IMG/VR virus record: IMGVR_UViG_3300012232_000014
Span: 1 to 56,447 of that record
Reading direction: 5' to 3' (one strand)
Origin: a virus
Lineage: Duplodnaviria; Caudoviricetes
DNA length: 56,447 bases
Part shown: positions 18,970 to 27,411 of the stretch, one piece after another
How positions within the stretch are numbered: the stretch's first letter is position 1
Layout: the number at the start of each line of letters is the position of its first letter
Translations under genes and position numbers: made by a program
The notes under the pieces: generated by a model
Database searches by the model: none
What the model was told of the DNA's origin: nothing
What the model saw: only the letters and a program-made list of their open reading frames with translations

Positions 18970-19248
18970 ATGACTGTTAATGAACACGCCGCACTCACCC
19001 ACCCCTGCCCGGCCTGTGGAAATGAAGTCGGCTGCTATCGTATGGCCTATTGCGAGTCCGCATGTGTCGCCGTGGTACCCGTCGAGGGATCTCCGGGTTT
19101 TATCAATGGCACGACACATACCTCGGAACCCTTCCCACATCTGCACGCCAAGTGCAAGGGCTGTGGCTTCGAGTTTCTGACCGACACCTGCGATCGTCCG
19201 ACACGATGCATGGTGTTTCGGCAAGGACGCATGGTCCATGCCACATAA
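18970..19248 (+). CDS. Cys-rich (zinc-binding) hypothetical protein
   Basis: CPACG...HLHAKCKGCG. Confidence 0.65.
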   Translation: MTVNEHAALTHPCPACGNEVGCYRMAYCESACVAVVPVEGSPGFINGTTHTSEPFPHLHAKCKGCGFEFLTDTCDRPTRCMVFRQGRMVHAT

Positions 19249-19684
19249 AGGATTCAGACAAACCGCCAAGCACCGTGCCCGGATTCGTCACTCGAATCTG
19301 GCTCGTGCCGCACGGATCCGCGAAGCACTCGCGGCGTTCAAGCCGAGTCCTACCAAAAAGAAATGGAAAGAGGGACCCACCCCTATTTTCACGGCCATAC
19401 CTCCATCCGCATCGGCCATCACCTCTCCGGGGATGCAGCGGTGGGCCCTGTACAGTCATCACGCCGAAGGCAAATACTACTATAAGCGTGAGCACGCGGA
19501 CACACTCGATCAACTCCAGATCCTGGTCCGCAAACTCGATCTGGAGCTTCCTCTCTGGACCTACTGCAAGAGTGGGCACGTCGAAACCGACTTGGTGATG
19601 CCCATTCGCATTCCGGAACTCCATGTCCGAACCTACGGTCTGCGTTGGCAGCCGTTCACGTTCAGAAAGAAGAAACACGCATGA
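19238..19684 (+). CDS. Hypothetical basic protein
   Basis: AAGGA RBS; overlap coupling on both sides. Confidence 0.6.
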   Translation: MPHKGFRQTAKHRARIRHSNLARAARIREALAAFKPSPTKKKWKEGPTPIFTAIPPSASAITSPGMQRWALYSHHAEGKYYYKREHADTLDQLQILVRKLDLELPLWTYCKSGHVETDLVMPIRIPELHVRTYGLRWQPFTFRKKKHA

Positions 19685-19800
19685 GTATTTTGTTAGCGAT
19701 CGCCGGCATCGTCATAGTGGCGTGGGCCGCGTATCAACTCGGGAAGATGGACGGGTACGTGAAAGGCCGACGCGACTCCAACAAGGATCATACGTCATGA
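19681..19800 (+). CDS. Small single-TM membrane protein (39 aa)
   Basis: Read manually: MSILLAIAGIVIVAWAAYQLGKMDGYVKGRRDSNKDHTS; ATGA overlaps on both sides. Confidence 0.65.
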   Translation: MSILLAIAGIVIVAWAAYQLGKMDGYVKGRRDSNKDHTS

Positions 19801-20159
19801 CCCCCATGCAACGGTTCGTGCTCGGACTGATGCATCGGTTCGAGGAAGAATTCCCGCGTGAGTTCCCGGTCTTCGACCTTCATACCATTCCCGAAGCACG
19901 GTTGATGATGCTGATGGTCCCGGTCTATGGGCCGAAGGCTTTGGAGCCGGGTGTGATTGATGGCGTGGTCAGTCAGTTAGCCTCTGCAGTGGCCGAACAT
20001 CAATTACTGACTTTCTTGCCGTGGGTAGACAATCCTACGGACCTGCCGCCATCGGTGTTCTGGAAAAGTCTTCTCCATACCCGCTACCACTGGGGGTTCA
20101 GCGTGGTGGATGAACAACTGGGCGATTACAAAGTCTATCTGCTGGGAGTGAAACCATGA
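19797..20159 (+). CDS. Hypothetical protein
   Basis: AAGGA RBS; ATGA coupling. Confidence 0.6.
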   Translation: MTPMQRFVLGLMHRFEEEFPREFPVFDLHTIPEARLMMLMVPVYGPKALEPGVIDGVVSQLASAVAEHQLLTFLPWVDNPTDLPPSVFWKSLLHTRYHWGFSVVDEQLGDYKVYLLGVKP

Positions 20160-20566
20160 AGATCGGACAAGATGAATTCGAATCCGGCTGCGAACTCGTA
20201 GATGTGACCAGTCTGCATCGGCCGAACATTCGATGGTCTCTGACAGATGCCACTGGCCACGAACACCGGTGGTACGATGGAGATCGTCCGGCTACGTCTT
20301 ACGATCCTCAACGGACCTACACGGTGCCCACGCTGATCTGGGTGAAGGACGGTGAAGAGTACTGGGAAGACTCCGACGAACCGCACGACATCGGACATCT
20401 CGAATGCCGGCTCTGTGGAGAGCACATCCAACCGGGGTACACGGCCGATGAGACCGTGCAGTACATTCCCGGTCTGCGGTGGTACCGAATCAACGGACGG
20501 CACGTATCCAAGGAAGAATTTGAGCAGAAACTGGCAGAGATCAAATCACACGTGGTGAAGCCGTGA
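20156..20566 (+). CDS. Hypothetical protein
   Basis: GGAG RBS; CRLCG. Confidence 0.65.
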   Translation: MKIGQDEFESGCELVDVTSLHRPNIRWSLTDATGHEHRWYDGDRPATSYDPQRTYTVPTLIWVKDGEEYWEDSDEPHDIGHLECRLCGEHIQPGYTADETVQYIPGLRWYRINGRHVSKEEFEQKLAEIKSHVVKP

Positions 20567-20769
20567 TCATACCGATCGAGATGAAAAAGGGAAAGGATGG
20601 CGTCTGGCGTATATCACATACGCAGAATTCGTATATCTCGTTTGAGGAAGCAGCCGACTATCTTCGGGATCGAATCGGGGTACCAGTGTACATTTTCGAT
20701 GAGGTGATGGAGACTAAGGATGCGAAACCAACTCGTGATCGGCATCGTGGGCTCCCGCCGAAGAGATGA
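20563..20769 (+). CDS. Hypothetical protein
   Basis: GTGA coupling to the previous gene. Confidence 0.5.
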   Translation: MIIPIEMKKGKDGVWRISHTQNSYISFEEAADYLRDRIGVPVYIFDEVMETKDAKPTRDRHRGLPPKR

Positions 20770-21169
20770 TCTCGAGACTCACGAACTCGGGATCGCCGCG
20801 TTCGTGCGACTGTGCCGAGCACTCCGCCAGAAGAAAAAGACCGTCACGGCGGTCGTCTCAGGCGGAGCACAGCAAGGCTTAGATCGCCTGGCTCCGTTGC
20901 TTGCCAAACGATTCGGTCTTACGCTCATCGTCCATTTCCCCGACTACAAAACTTTCGGCCGCATCGCTCCGTTCATGCGCAACACGAAGGTAGCGCACGA
21001 CGCCGACTATCTGATTGCAGCGGTGCATCGCGATCGTACCGGTGGCACTGAGGACACGGTAAAAAAGTTTCTGCGTAACCATCCTGAGAGCCGGGTGGTG
21101 TTGGTGCGACAGCGTGCGCAGACGAAATGCCGTGGATTGATAATGCAAGTTACGGGGAATTTTCAGTGA
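20720..21169 (+). CDS. SLOG-superfamily (DprA/YspA-like) nucleotide-binding protein
   Basis: IGIVGSR, VVSGGAQQGLD, APFMRNTKVAHDADYLIA and GGTEDT motifs. Confidence 0.8.
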   Translation: MRNQLVIGIVGSRRRDDLETHELGIAAFVRLCRALRQKKKTVTAVVSGGAQQGLDRLAPLLAKRFGLTLIVHFPDYKTFGRIAPFMRNTKVAHDADYLIAAVHRDRTGGTEDTVKKFLRNHPESRVVLVRQRAQTKCRGLIMQVTGNFQ

Positions 21170-21343
21170 AAATCGCACCTCGAAAAAGGGGGGGTAATCG
21201 GATTTTTCCGTTCAAGCCGGGTTCCCGGAAGGCCGTCTGGCCGGGTTTTCGGCAGTGTCGAAGTGGTGAATTTCCTAGGGAATTCGGGACTACCATTTTC
21301 AGGCCTAAATAGTGCGAAAATAAAAGTGAAAGTCCCATGTTTT

Positions 21344-21395
21344 TGGTGATTATTATTTCACCACGCAACCTTTCTTTAGGGCATAATTTCTGATA
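21344..21395 (+). promoter_or_regulatory. Putative early promoter with an overlapping operator-like inverted repeat
   Basis: CATAAT at 21382-21387; TGGTGA-N8-TCACCA at 21344-21363; AT-rich upstream; no good -35 hexamer. Confidence 0.5.
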
Positions 21396-21895
21396 GTCGG
21401 GCAGTGGGGATACGGGGTGCGCGGCCAAGAGTGCTAGCCACCCAGCGCCAATGCGGTAAATCCCGGTACCCCTGCTGACCGCGACGACGCCGGAACCCAC
21501 GCTGTCACGTTCGTAAGCGCAGGACCGGTTCTTTGAAAACAAAATAGCGAGAGGCTTTCAGAAAGCTGTCGGGTGCGTTCACCCGGCCGAACAGCGGAAT
21601 AGCGTTGCCTGCCCGAAATGCACGGTGAGTGCGAAGTGGCACACGGCATAAATCGCGAAACGCTCTCGACTGTCCGAGGACAGCAGCAGACCTGAAGCGT
21701 TCCAACAAACCGGATCCTACCGGTGTGGGACGCCAGAGTGGCCGACGCACTTCACTTCGTTTCTGTTCAGCAGGCCTACAGTGGCCGCACCTTACCAAGT
21801 GCTGACGAACGATTTTGAGGACAGCTTGCCGGACTGAGACCGGTGGGCTGTAAAATCCCAATCGCAATTTCGCGGTTGCCGGTTCCAAGGCCGGA
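21396..21895 (+). ncRNA. Candidate ~500-nt multi-hairpin structured RNA / leader
   Basis: No credible gene; many stems with G-U pairs on the + strand, e.g. ACAGCTTGCCGG/CCGGTGGGCTGT and CGGGTG/CACCCG. Confidence 0.55.
21528..21540 (+). promoter_or_regulatory. rrn-type boxA antitermination element
   Basis: GTTCTTTGAAAAC matches the boxA form found in many bacterial rRNA leaders and spacers; preceded by a hairpin. Confidence 0.6.
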
Positions 21896-21905
21896 CGGAG
21901 GATGA

Positions 21906-22013
21906 ATGAAGAAAACATTCTGTAAGGGCTGTACCGCCGAACTGACCGCAGCGGATGCGCACGCCGGAGCCTGCACGCAGTGCGGGACCAAAACGAAAAG
22001 GTCGAATCGTTAA
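21906..22013 (+). CDS. 35-aa zinc ribbon
   Basis: Read manually: MKKTFCKGCTAELTAADAHAGACTQCGTKTKRSNR; GGAGG RBS. Confidence 0.65.
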   Translation: MKKTFCKGCTAELTAADAHAGACTQCGTKTKRSNR

Positions 22014-22198
22014 CTCGTTGATGATGGAGATGATGACAATGGTGACCACTTTCTCAATGCGCAATCGCTTCCACGGCTTCCTTGTACTCGCGACCTTGTT
22101 CATCCTCTCCTTGGGTGGACATTCGCACGTTGAGGTGCCGACGTTCTGCACCGGCTCACATTCCGTTAATCGCCGTAACCGTTAAGAAGGAGATGGCC

Positions 22199-22516
22199 AT
22201 GACGAACAAGACACTGACGCGTCTGCTGCACAAACGCTCGCTCACCGCCAACGAACGCGTGCAGGTGATGCGTGCGGCCCATCGGCTGCTGAACCAGTCC
22301 ATCAACTGTTTTTCTGCCGTGCAAGACGCGTGCGATACCGCTGCGGAGACGATCATGAACTTGCATGATGATCGCCGATCTGTCAGAAGGAGATCTGACT
22401 TGAGCTCCAAGGAAGAGGAGCACATGGACCGGCTCGAAGAGACGCGCGACGAACTCGAAACACTCGTAGAGACGTTGGACAATCTGGATATACCTGATAC
22501 CAGTGAGGTGCGATAA
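22199..22516 (+). CDS. Hypothetical helical protein
   Basis: AAGGAG RBS. Confidence 0.65.
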   Translation: MTNKTLTRLLHKRSLTANERVQVMRAAHRLLNQSINCFSAVQDACDTAAETIMNLHDDRRSVRRRSDLSSKEEEHMDRLEETRDELETLVETLDNLDIPDTSEVR

Positions 22517-22779
22517 TGAAGATTGGAATCAACGGACACGTCGGCCGCGTCATCGCGTCATACACCGGTCGGATGGTGGCACTCATCGAAGTAGTGCCCG
22601 ACCCGACTATCCAAGGCGTATTCGGCGTCCGTGTCGTCACTCTGCCGAAGGTGATCAAGACCGGTACGGAACCGCCACAGGAAAATTTCTTCCTGATCAA
22701 AGAGGTTCCGTTGCACAAGATCACCGAGGATGATCTCGAGGAAGTCGAATTCATCGAGTGGCCACCGATTACCAGCTAG
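22516..22779 (+). CDS. Hypothetical protein
   Basis: GAGGTG RBS; TAATG coupling. Confidence 0.65.
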   Translation: MKIGINGHVGRVIASYTGRMVALIEVVPDPTIQGVFGVRVVTLPKVIKTGTEPPQENFFLIKEVPLHKITEDDLEEVEFIEWPPITS

Positions 22780-22788
22780 GAGGATGCA

Positions 22789-22992
22789 ATGCGTATCTCA
22801 ATTCGGAATCTCAAGCCGGGTCATCTCATCCTGGTGCGCAACATCGACGGCGACCACGAGCTCCGGACGGTGGCCGGTGTGCATAATGAACGCGATGGGA
22901 CCATCACCGTCGATACGGAATTCGACGGTCAGCACCAGAAGTTGAATTGGTCTGCATGGGACGATGTGGAACTCGTGTGCAAAGGAGAATGA
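22789..22992 (+). CDS. Small SH3-like hypothetical protein
   Basis: AGGAGG RBS; IRNLKPGHLILV. Confidence 0.65.
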   Translation: MRISIRNLKPGHLILVRNIDGDHELRTVAGVHNERDGTITVDTEFDGQHQKLNWSAWDDVELVCKGE

Positions 22993-22994
22993 CC

Positions 22995-23306
22995 ATGACC
23001 ATGAACAAGACACTGCTCGATCTCTTCAAGCGCATCCAGGCGTTGACCGAAAATCCTCACTGGACGGCAGACCGTCGATGGACCATCGCTGATCTCGCTG
23101 GCCGAGGCACGTCCGTGATTGTGACCGCCGAACTGGAACAGCAACTGAAGCCGATGATGACACTGGAGCTCCAGAGCATCGTCAAGCGGTTCCTGAAGTA
23201 TTCGTTCGACGGTATCGAATACACGTGGGCCAATCTGACCGAAGAAGAGAAGACGTTCGCCACGGATGAGGAGTATCGGAAGCTGGTTGCCTGGGTTCGG
23301 TCCTAG
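22995..23306 (+). CDS. Hypothetical protein
   Basis: AAGGAG RBS. Confidence 0.65.
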   Translation: MTMNKTLLDLFKRIQALTENPHWTADRRWTIADLAGRGTSVIVTAELEQQLKPMMTLELQSIVKRFLKYSFDGIEYTWANLTEEEKTFATDEEYRKLVAWVRS

Positions 23307-23363
23307 ACGGACCGTCGTTCCTTCACCCAAACCGTTAACCTTTCTTATCAAGGAGCACCGACC

Positions 23364-23777
23364 ATGACGAAAGCACGTTGCGCGAACCACAAGAACAACG
23401 AGACGTTTCCAGCAGGTTGCCAGACCTGCCGTCGCATTCAACTCGAAGCAACCATCGTCAAGAAGGTCGTCAAGATCTTCCTTGGTTTGGGATGTGCTCT
23501 CCGGGTGAATGACGGTGAGTCGCTTCGGCCAGAGCTCCCGACGCTGTCAGCTACCGAGATCCTCGCCGAGTTGATGGAGACCGACGAGGATTATCTCGAG
23601 ATCTTCAACACGGCGACGACCGCTGATGACGGCACCGCTATCGACGGTAAGCGGCACGGCTGGGTACGGTTCGTCTACGGCAACGACGGCTGGGATGTCA
23701 TCAACGACTATACCACGAACCTCGAAGACGATCTGAAGCCGGTAAACGATTACGCAGACCGAATGTCGGGGAACTAA
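23364..23777 (+). CDS. Hypothetical phage protein
   Basis: AAGGAG RBS; GWVRFVYGNDGWDVINDYT motif. Confidence 0.75.
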   Translation: MTKARCANHKNNETFPAGCQTCRRIQLEATIVKKVVKIFLGLGCALRVNDGESLRPELPTLSATEILAELMETDEDYLEIFNTATTADDGTAIDGKRHGWVRFVYGNDGWDVINDYTTNLEDDLKPVNDYADRMSGN

Positions 23778-23778
23778 A

Positions 23779-23952
23779 ATGAAAAAGCAAACACTCGAAC
23801 AGGCTATTGCCGAAGCTAACCGACTCGGCTTCCCCTACGCGGTCCAGGAATGGAAAGATTCGCAGGGTGGGCCATCGGACTTTGTGGTGGCTCACGGATC
23901 TGGTGACGGCATCGGCAAGACGGTATACGCCACAATCAAGATCACGCGTTAA
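23779..23952 (+). CDS. 57-aa hypothetical protein
   Basis: Read manually: MKKQTLEQAIAEANRLG...TIKITR; fills the gap between neighbours. Confidence 0.55.
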   Translation: MKKQTLEQAIAEANRLGFPYAVQEWKDSQGGPSDFVVAHGSGDGIGKTVYATIKITR

Positions 23953-23980
23953 CCTTTAGATGATGATGATGGAGATGGCC

Positions 23981-24244
23981 ATGAGCAGAACCCTTCGCAC
24001 GATCACTGTCGCGCGGTTGCAAGAAATTCTTGAAGGCGAGAAGCCAGACGCGTTGGTGATCTTCTCGACCGACTACGGCGACTATTCGCACACACCCCAG
24101 GCACTGCCGCTGAGGGGCGATACGGAAGAAGTGAAAGTCCAGAAGAGTGCCTACAGCAACTCGGGCTACTCCGTCGTCACCGAAGAGGACGAGGACTTCG
24201 AAGAAGACGATAGCCAGACCACCACGTACTTGCTGCTTAAGTAG
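23981..24244 (+). CDS. Acidic hypothetical protein
   Basis: GGAG RBS; DYGDYSHTPQA. Confidence 0.7.
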   Translation: MSRTLRTITVARLQEILEGEKPDALVIFSTDYGDYSHTPQALPLRGDTEEVKVQKSAYSNSGYSVVTEEDEDFEEDDSQTTTYLLLK

Positions 24245-24254
24245 GAGGGATGTC

Positions 24255-24362
24255 GTGATCAACAAAAACGATATGGCATGGCTCGTCGTGACCGCGTGGA
24301 TCTTCGGTGTGGCGATTGGCATGCTGATGGGCGTGCTGGTCAAGATTTCCGGCTGTGAATAA
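24255..24362 (+). CDS. Small membrane protein
   Basis: AGGAGG RBS; one hydrophobic segment. Confidence 0.55.
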   Translation: MINKNDMAWLVVTAWIFGVAIGMLMGVLVKISGCE

Positions 24363-24373
24363 AGGAGAGGGTC

Positions 24374-24772
24374 ATGAAGGAAAAGGACATGGTTGTCGGC
24401 ACCGTCTATCTCGTGCGCATCGGTGGAAGTCCACGACTCTCGAGAGTGCGCATCGACCGCATCACGCCTGGCTCCGAACGGTTCGGTGCGCGAGCCAGAG
24501 CACGATGGGAAGGCACTAACCTGGCCACTGGGCGCATAATCACCGGTGGTGCCGCACGACTGCGCATGCTGGCTGACGTACCGTCCAAGTTGGGATGGTC
24601 GCAGGACAAGGCCCGAGGTTATGCCAGACTCCGCGCACGTGCGGCCGGATTGGACATGACCACAGCGGACGCGGTGGCCCACAGCGTCATGGTTGTGTGG
24701 GATGATCAGTTTACGATTCGGGAATGGAACAACTTCGTTGATGAGGAAATCACTCGTCATGCCCATCCCTAA
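24374..24772 (+). CDS. Hypothetical protein
   Basis: AAGGAG RBS; WEGTNLATGRII..AARLR. Confidence 0.7.
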   Translation: MKEKDMVVGTVYLVRIGGSPRLSRVRIDRITPGSERFGARARARWEGTNLATGRIITGGAARLRMLADVPSKLGWSQDKARGYARLRARAAGLDMTTADAVAHSVMVVWDDQFTIREWNNFVDEEITRHAHP

Positions 24773-24788
24773 CGCAACGGAGAGTGCC

Positions 24789-25085
24789 ATGAAGAAAATG
24801 ATTCCCGGAAAGTATCGCTACGCGGACGCACACGACATATATAAACTGCTCGGGTTGAAGACGAGCAAGCTGCCGGCCGAAGGGATGCCAGAACAGATGA
24901 TCCACGGTGTGCGCGTGTATGTTAGGCCGTTGACTTGTCCAGTGGAACAGTCCGGATGGAATGGACGCCACATGCGACGTAATTGGCAGGGTCTGAGAGT
25001 GATGGCCGTCTGCGAATGTGGACAGCATCTGGCTGTCGGTCGTTTGCACCAACATCGTTGCGAGAAAAAAGGAAGGAAACGGTAA
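24789..25085 (+). CDS. Hypothetical protein with a C-terminal Cys/His motif
   Basis: GGAG RBS; CECGQHLAVGRLHQHRC. Confidence 0.65.
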   Translation: MKKMIPGKYRYADAHDIYKLLGLKTSKLPAEGMPEQMIHGVRVYVRPLTCPVEQSGWNGRHMRRNWQGLRVMAVCECGQHLAVGRLHQHRCEKKGRKR

Positions 25086-25331
25086 ATGACCAGACACTAC
25101 ACGACCAAACAACAAGACCGTGAATTCCTGATGCGCCGCATGGAGGATCTGAGTCGCGAATGGAAGGTCGGAGACACGACCTTGCCGTACAAGACCTGCA
25201 ATCCGCCGACGACCGTCGTACGATTCGAAGGCGACACCGTGCATCTAGCAGACGGTACGGCCATGCATCGAAGTCACTTGCAGAAGCCGGAGAATCGGAT
25301 TGACCGGATTCTCGGTCGTAAGAGAGGTTGA
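25086..25331 (+). CDS. Hypothetical protein
   Basis: Abuts the previous gene; RBS present. Confidence 0.6.
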   Translation: MTRHYTTKQQDREFLMRRMEDLSREWKVGDTTLPYKTCNPPTTVVRFEGDTVHLADGTAMHRSHLQKPENRIDRILGRKRG

Positions 25332-25333
25332 TC

Positions 25334-25573
25334 ATGGCGATGCTTCCGTTGAAGGATTTGTTACTGCATCAGCACGAGGCAGACCGCACTCCGTTGAAAG
25401 TGCCGCGCACTCGGTATGGAATTCAACACGTGGCCACCAAACTCTGGGTGGGTCCGTACAACCACTGGGTCGAACATCAGGACGCACTGCGGTTCGATTT
25501 CGCATTCATGGCTCTGGCCCACGCCAACGAGATGGGCTTCGCTCTCGAGACTTTTTCTGTGGAGCCGTTATGA
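25334..25573 (+). CDS. Hypothetical protein
   Basis: GAGGT RBS. Confidence 0.6.
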   Translation: MAMLPLKDLLLHQHEADRTPLKVPRTRYGIQHVATKLWVGPYNHWVEHQDALRFDFAFMALAHANEMGFALETFSVEPL

Positions 25574-25983
25574 CATCACGTGAACGTATCCGTCGGCGAT
25601 TCATGCGTGCGTGGTTGCGGAAGCACGGTGAGATGTCTCGTGGCCGAGTCTCGAGACTCAACCTCGATGGCATGGGCGATGATCATTACGTATGGGAACG
25701 TCGGTTGCCCAGCCGGGGATGGTCGTCGTGGAGCAAGGCATCGGCCGCTATCCGATTTGCTGATCTGATGGCCGCGAGGCACGTTCAGTCCGCAGCACGG
25801 TTCGAGCAACGACGGCTGTCGAACATGAAGCGTAACGCACGCAGGGGTTCCGGGGTGTTCATGCATCATGGAGGCTATCAGTACTCACACACGGCCGCCA
25901 GTGCAGCGAAGGTGCGTCGGTCGTTAGACGCACGCATCGCTCGATACGACCGCATGTGGGCGGTCAGAAGGAGATCGGCATGA
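25570..25983 (+). CDS. Arg-rich hypothetical protein
   Basis: GGAG RBS; ATGA couplings. Confidence 0.55.
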   Translation: MTSRERIRRRFMRAWLRKHGEMSRGRVSRLNLDGMGDDHYVWERRLPSRGWSSWSKASAAIRFADLMAARHVQSAARFEQRRLSNMKRNARRGSGVFMHHGGYQYSHTAASAAKVRRSLDARIARYDRMWAVRRRSA

Positions 25984-26189
25984 AGAAACTTCAATACTTT
26001 TACAGACTCTATGTATGGAAGTTTCGTCACATCGGCCGTGGTCATCTGGCACGAGCCAGAGGCAAGTGCATCGGAACGTTTCCAAGGTACCGTCTGCTGG
26101 TGCGCGAGGCTCAGCGCCGTGCGGTGCTTGCCGGGTATCCGAAATCGCGGTGGATGGATCTGTTCGACTGGAACCTAGGAGGACGGTGA
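25980..26189 (+). CDS. Basic hypothetical protein
   Basis: AAGGAG RBS. Confidence 0.55.
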   Translation: MKKLQYFYRLYVWKFRHIGRGHLARARGKCIGTFPRYRLLVREAQRRAVLAGYPKSRWMDLFDWNLGGR

Positions 26190-26419
26190 TGGCGAAGGTC
26201 ATTCGTAAAATCGTGATCCGCATGCGTCGGCCTGTGGACATCACGCTGGCGATTGTGCCGGCATCTGAGGAAGGAAAAAAACCGCATCGTATCGCCTTGG
26301 ACCGGCACAACGTGGTCTTCTGTACCTGCAAGAGTTGGCGCTACAACGGCCACTCGTGCAAGCATCTCTCCGACTTCCGTCGTCAACTCGCGTCCGCTGA
26401 TGAAAGGATCGCATCATGA
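26189..26419 (+). CDS. SWIM-type zinc finger protein
   Basis: CTCKSWRYNGHSCKHL (CxC...CxH); AGGAGG RBS. Confidence 0.75.
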   Translation: MAKVIRKIVIRMRRPVDITLAIVPASEEGKKPHRIALDRHNVVFCTCKSWRYNGHSCKHLSDFRRQLASADERIAS

Positions 26420-26667
26420 TCTATGGGATCAACTTCAATGGCAGCCTGATCCCGGATGGTGTCCGGAAAAAGTTCGCTGCGTATACGGATGCGAAAGGAC
26501 GTTCCGTCGGTGCAGACCGAAGCTGTGCATGGCGACTCATCGGTGTCGCGACGTCGGCTCAGGAGAAGGACGCGATGCTCATCCAAGCGACCAACGGGCA
26601 TCGCAAGTTGCGTGTCGTGGAACGCAAGACCGCAGGCGCATCGTTCTTCGGCGTGTATGCAGGTTAA
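26416..26667 (+). CDS. Hypothetical protein
   Basis: AAGGA RBS; ATGA coupling. Confidence 0.6.
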   Translation: MIYGINFNGSLIPDGVRKKFAAYTDAKGRSVGADRSCAWRLIGVATSAQEKDAMLIQATNGHRKLRVVERKTAGASFFGVYAG

Positions 26668-26695
26668 CCGTAAACCCGTTTCAAGGAGCATGACC

Positions 26696-26947
26696 ATGAC
26701 CAAGAACAACACTCGTGGACAGGTGCGTTTCGCGTTCGTGAAGACGGCCAAGAAGGAACTGCCTGCCGGTATCATGTCGGTGGTGTACAAGGCCGTGCAG
26801 CAGAAGAAAGTCGGCAGCGTAGTCGAGATCGCGAAGGTTGCCGTGCGCGTGGGACTCACCAAGGTCACCTCGCAGGATCCCGTGACGCAAACGCATGTGA
26901 TGTTGAACCGTCTGCGCAAGATGGGCATCACGAAGAAGGCCGCATAA
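26696..26947 (+). CDS. Winged-helix (HARE-HTH-like) protein, paralogue 1
   Basis: GIMSVVYKAV...GSVVEIA...SQDPVTQTHVMLNRL. Confidence 0.7.
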   Translation: MTKNNTRGQVRFAFVKTAKKELPAGIMSVVYKAVQQKKVGSVVEIAKVAVRVGLTKVTSQDPVTQTHVMLNRLRKMGITKKAA

Positions 26948-26980
26948 GGGCTGCGGGAGGCTCCCCCAGCTTCCTTTCTT
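26948..26980 (+). terminator. Probable intrinsic terminator
   Basis: GGGCTGCGGG-AGGCT-CCCCAGCTT hairpin followed by CCTTTCTT. Confidence 0.45.
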
Positions 26981-26992
26981 AAAGGAGGAGAT

Positions 26993-27304
26993 ATGAATTT
27001 CTGTGGCATCGTACTTGGTGTGCTGACCTGTCTGCTGGACCCGGCTGTCAAGCCAACCCCAGCTGAGGCAGCAGCGATCCTCGCGTCGCATCAGTATCAG
27101 CACATGGAACGACGACCGCTGGGTCCCACCGTGACCATTGTACAGAGCAAGCCGGGAGAGGGTCCATTCGGTCCATTCCCACCCACTCCGGCCATGCGGC
27201 CGCTGAACTGCTGTAACATCTACGTTAACGAAACGTTGTGGCCCTACTGGCCATATACCAGGCCGACGGTGCGTCCAGTGAACCGTCCGTCCAAACGTTG
27301 GTAA
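26993..27304 (+). CDS. Pro-rich protein with a hydrophobic N-terminus (possibly secreted)
   Basis: AAGGAGGAG RBS; MNFCGIVLGVLTCLL. Confidence 0.6.
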   Translation: MNFCGIVLGVLTCLLDPAVKPTPAEAAAILASHQYQHMERRPLGPTVTIVQSKPGEGPFGPFPPTPAMRPLNCCNIYVNETLWPYWPYTRPTVRPVNRPSKRW

Positions 27305-27411
27305 GTGTGTTTTGAAATTCTGATCGACCCTAGGGGTGTGCGTTCAGGGGCATACCCCTATTCGTTCTGGGACCTGTGTGCGTTCCAAACTTCCAACCCA
27401 AGGAGAGCATC

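Noticed and set aside
21396-21895. Possible tRNA, tmRNA, RNase P, SRP or 6S RNA identity for the long leader
   Set aside because: No diagnostic motif was convincingly found; left as an unclassified candidate RNA.
22008-26715. Repeats in the early region read as a CRISPR array or integron attC sites
   Set aside because: The repeats are short, irregularly spaced and separated by whole genes; there is no cas1/cas2 or integrase gene.
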